Positions 63,106 through 64,000 of a stretch of 64,000 bases of DNA are shown piece by piece. Within the stretch, counting starts at the first letter, position 1. Each line of letters starts with the position of its first letter. This DNA comes from Octopus bimaculoides (lineage: Eukaryota). The stretch is taken from assembly GCF_001194135.2 (NCBI RefSeq), contig NC_068990.1, forward strand, positions 67,285,221 through 67,349,220. The letters are read 5' to 3'. The notes below the pieces were generated by a model that was given only the letters and a program-made list of their open reading frames with translations, made no database searches and was not told the origin of the DNA. Made by a program: the position numbers and the translations under genes.

Positions 63106-64000
63106 TTCTACATTTGTTAAAAAAACTTGTCCTCCTTCTGTTGTCTTCCTTCTTTTCATGTTCATATCAATCTTAGCTGCAATCCTACTCAATCAATTAG
63201 TGGTGACCTCACTAATGAAAGAGTCATAAAGAACCCAATACTCTCTGTAAATTAGTTGACATTAGGAAAGGCATCCAGCATGGCTGGAACCATGCCAAAG
63301 CAGACACTGGAGCTTAACTCAAGCCTCTGGTTGGCTTTTGTTAAGCTGTCCAGCTCATGCCAGCATGGAAGACAGATGTTAGATGATGACAATGATATGT
63401 GTGTGTATTTAATTCATGTTTCACGAAGCAGCTTTGAATAAAATATATTTGTCTAATGTCATGACTCATACATTCAGTTACATTTACACCATTCGATGTG
63501 AGTTTTTCTCTTGGGACTATTCTTGCAGTGATAGGTCCCATCCCATCTGCTTATAATCAAACATGTTAAATATGACTTTGCATAAATATAATATTATTGT
63601 ACTCAAAGCTACTTTGTACGACATTAATTATTTATTCTGATCACTGTTGTATTTCATCAGTGTCTGTCACCAAGCCCAGTGTATCATCTGTTAATCTCAT
63701 AATATACCAACGTGGGCAGGGAATCCATTATGTATGTGTGGACATATAGAAAATATATCTATGTTTATGTTCATGTAATCTTTCTTGTAAATGTTATAAT
63801 GCCATATATACATGCTCGTCCATCTTATATCTCTTAATATATAATGGCTTGCTGTTGGCTCACATTTAGTCGCTAAATATATATTCCTCCTCTTCAGGTA
63901 AATTATAAACAATAACATAACTAAAATTTAAAAGACATTGTCAAAAGTTGTGGGTATTTCTACACAAACAATAAAGATAGCCATTACACCTGTAGTGTGT

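Noticed and set aside
62813-63229. 138-aa ORF
   Set aside because: It is the antisense frame of a GC-richer RTE 3' UTR copy.

Overview
AT-rich animal DNA from a draft assembly, with about ten N-gaps, most bordered by (TA)n or (CA)n. The SINE families and microsatellite load look like an octopus or other coleoid cephalopod genome; this is recognition from memory, not a database result. I find no intact protein-coding gene, rRNA, true tRNA gene or CRISPR array. Almost all of the ORF track is translated microsatellite, N-gap or transposon debris. The window is a layered transposon landscape. (1) Eight Tc1/mariner relics from several lineages: DD34D mariners, DD37D and DD41D, including one full-length decayed copy and one fold-back copy made of two 5' ends. 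(2) About 30 copies of a ~210-bp tRNA-derived SINE (my label: family E) in head-to-tail arrays joined by (AAT)n, nearly all on the minus strand. (3) A second tRNA-head SINE (head A) whose head is joined through a microsatellite hinge to three different tails, two of them RTE-like. (4) An RTE ORF2 fragment and an RTE 3' end. (5) A 5'-truncated R4/Dong-type restriction-like-endonuclease LINE inside (TAA)n. (6) hAT-like, piggyBac-like and TA-flanked MITEs. (7) Several long hairpins and palindromes, and two degenerate hammerhead-like motifs. A few splice-site-bounded candidate (micro)exons, mostly on the minus strand, hint that the window is intronic in a large gene, but none can be assigned to a protein. 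Boundaries of degenerate repeats are approximate (about +/-10-20 bp).
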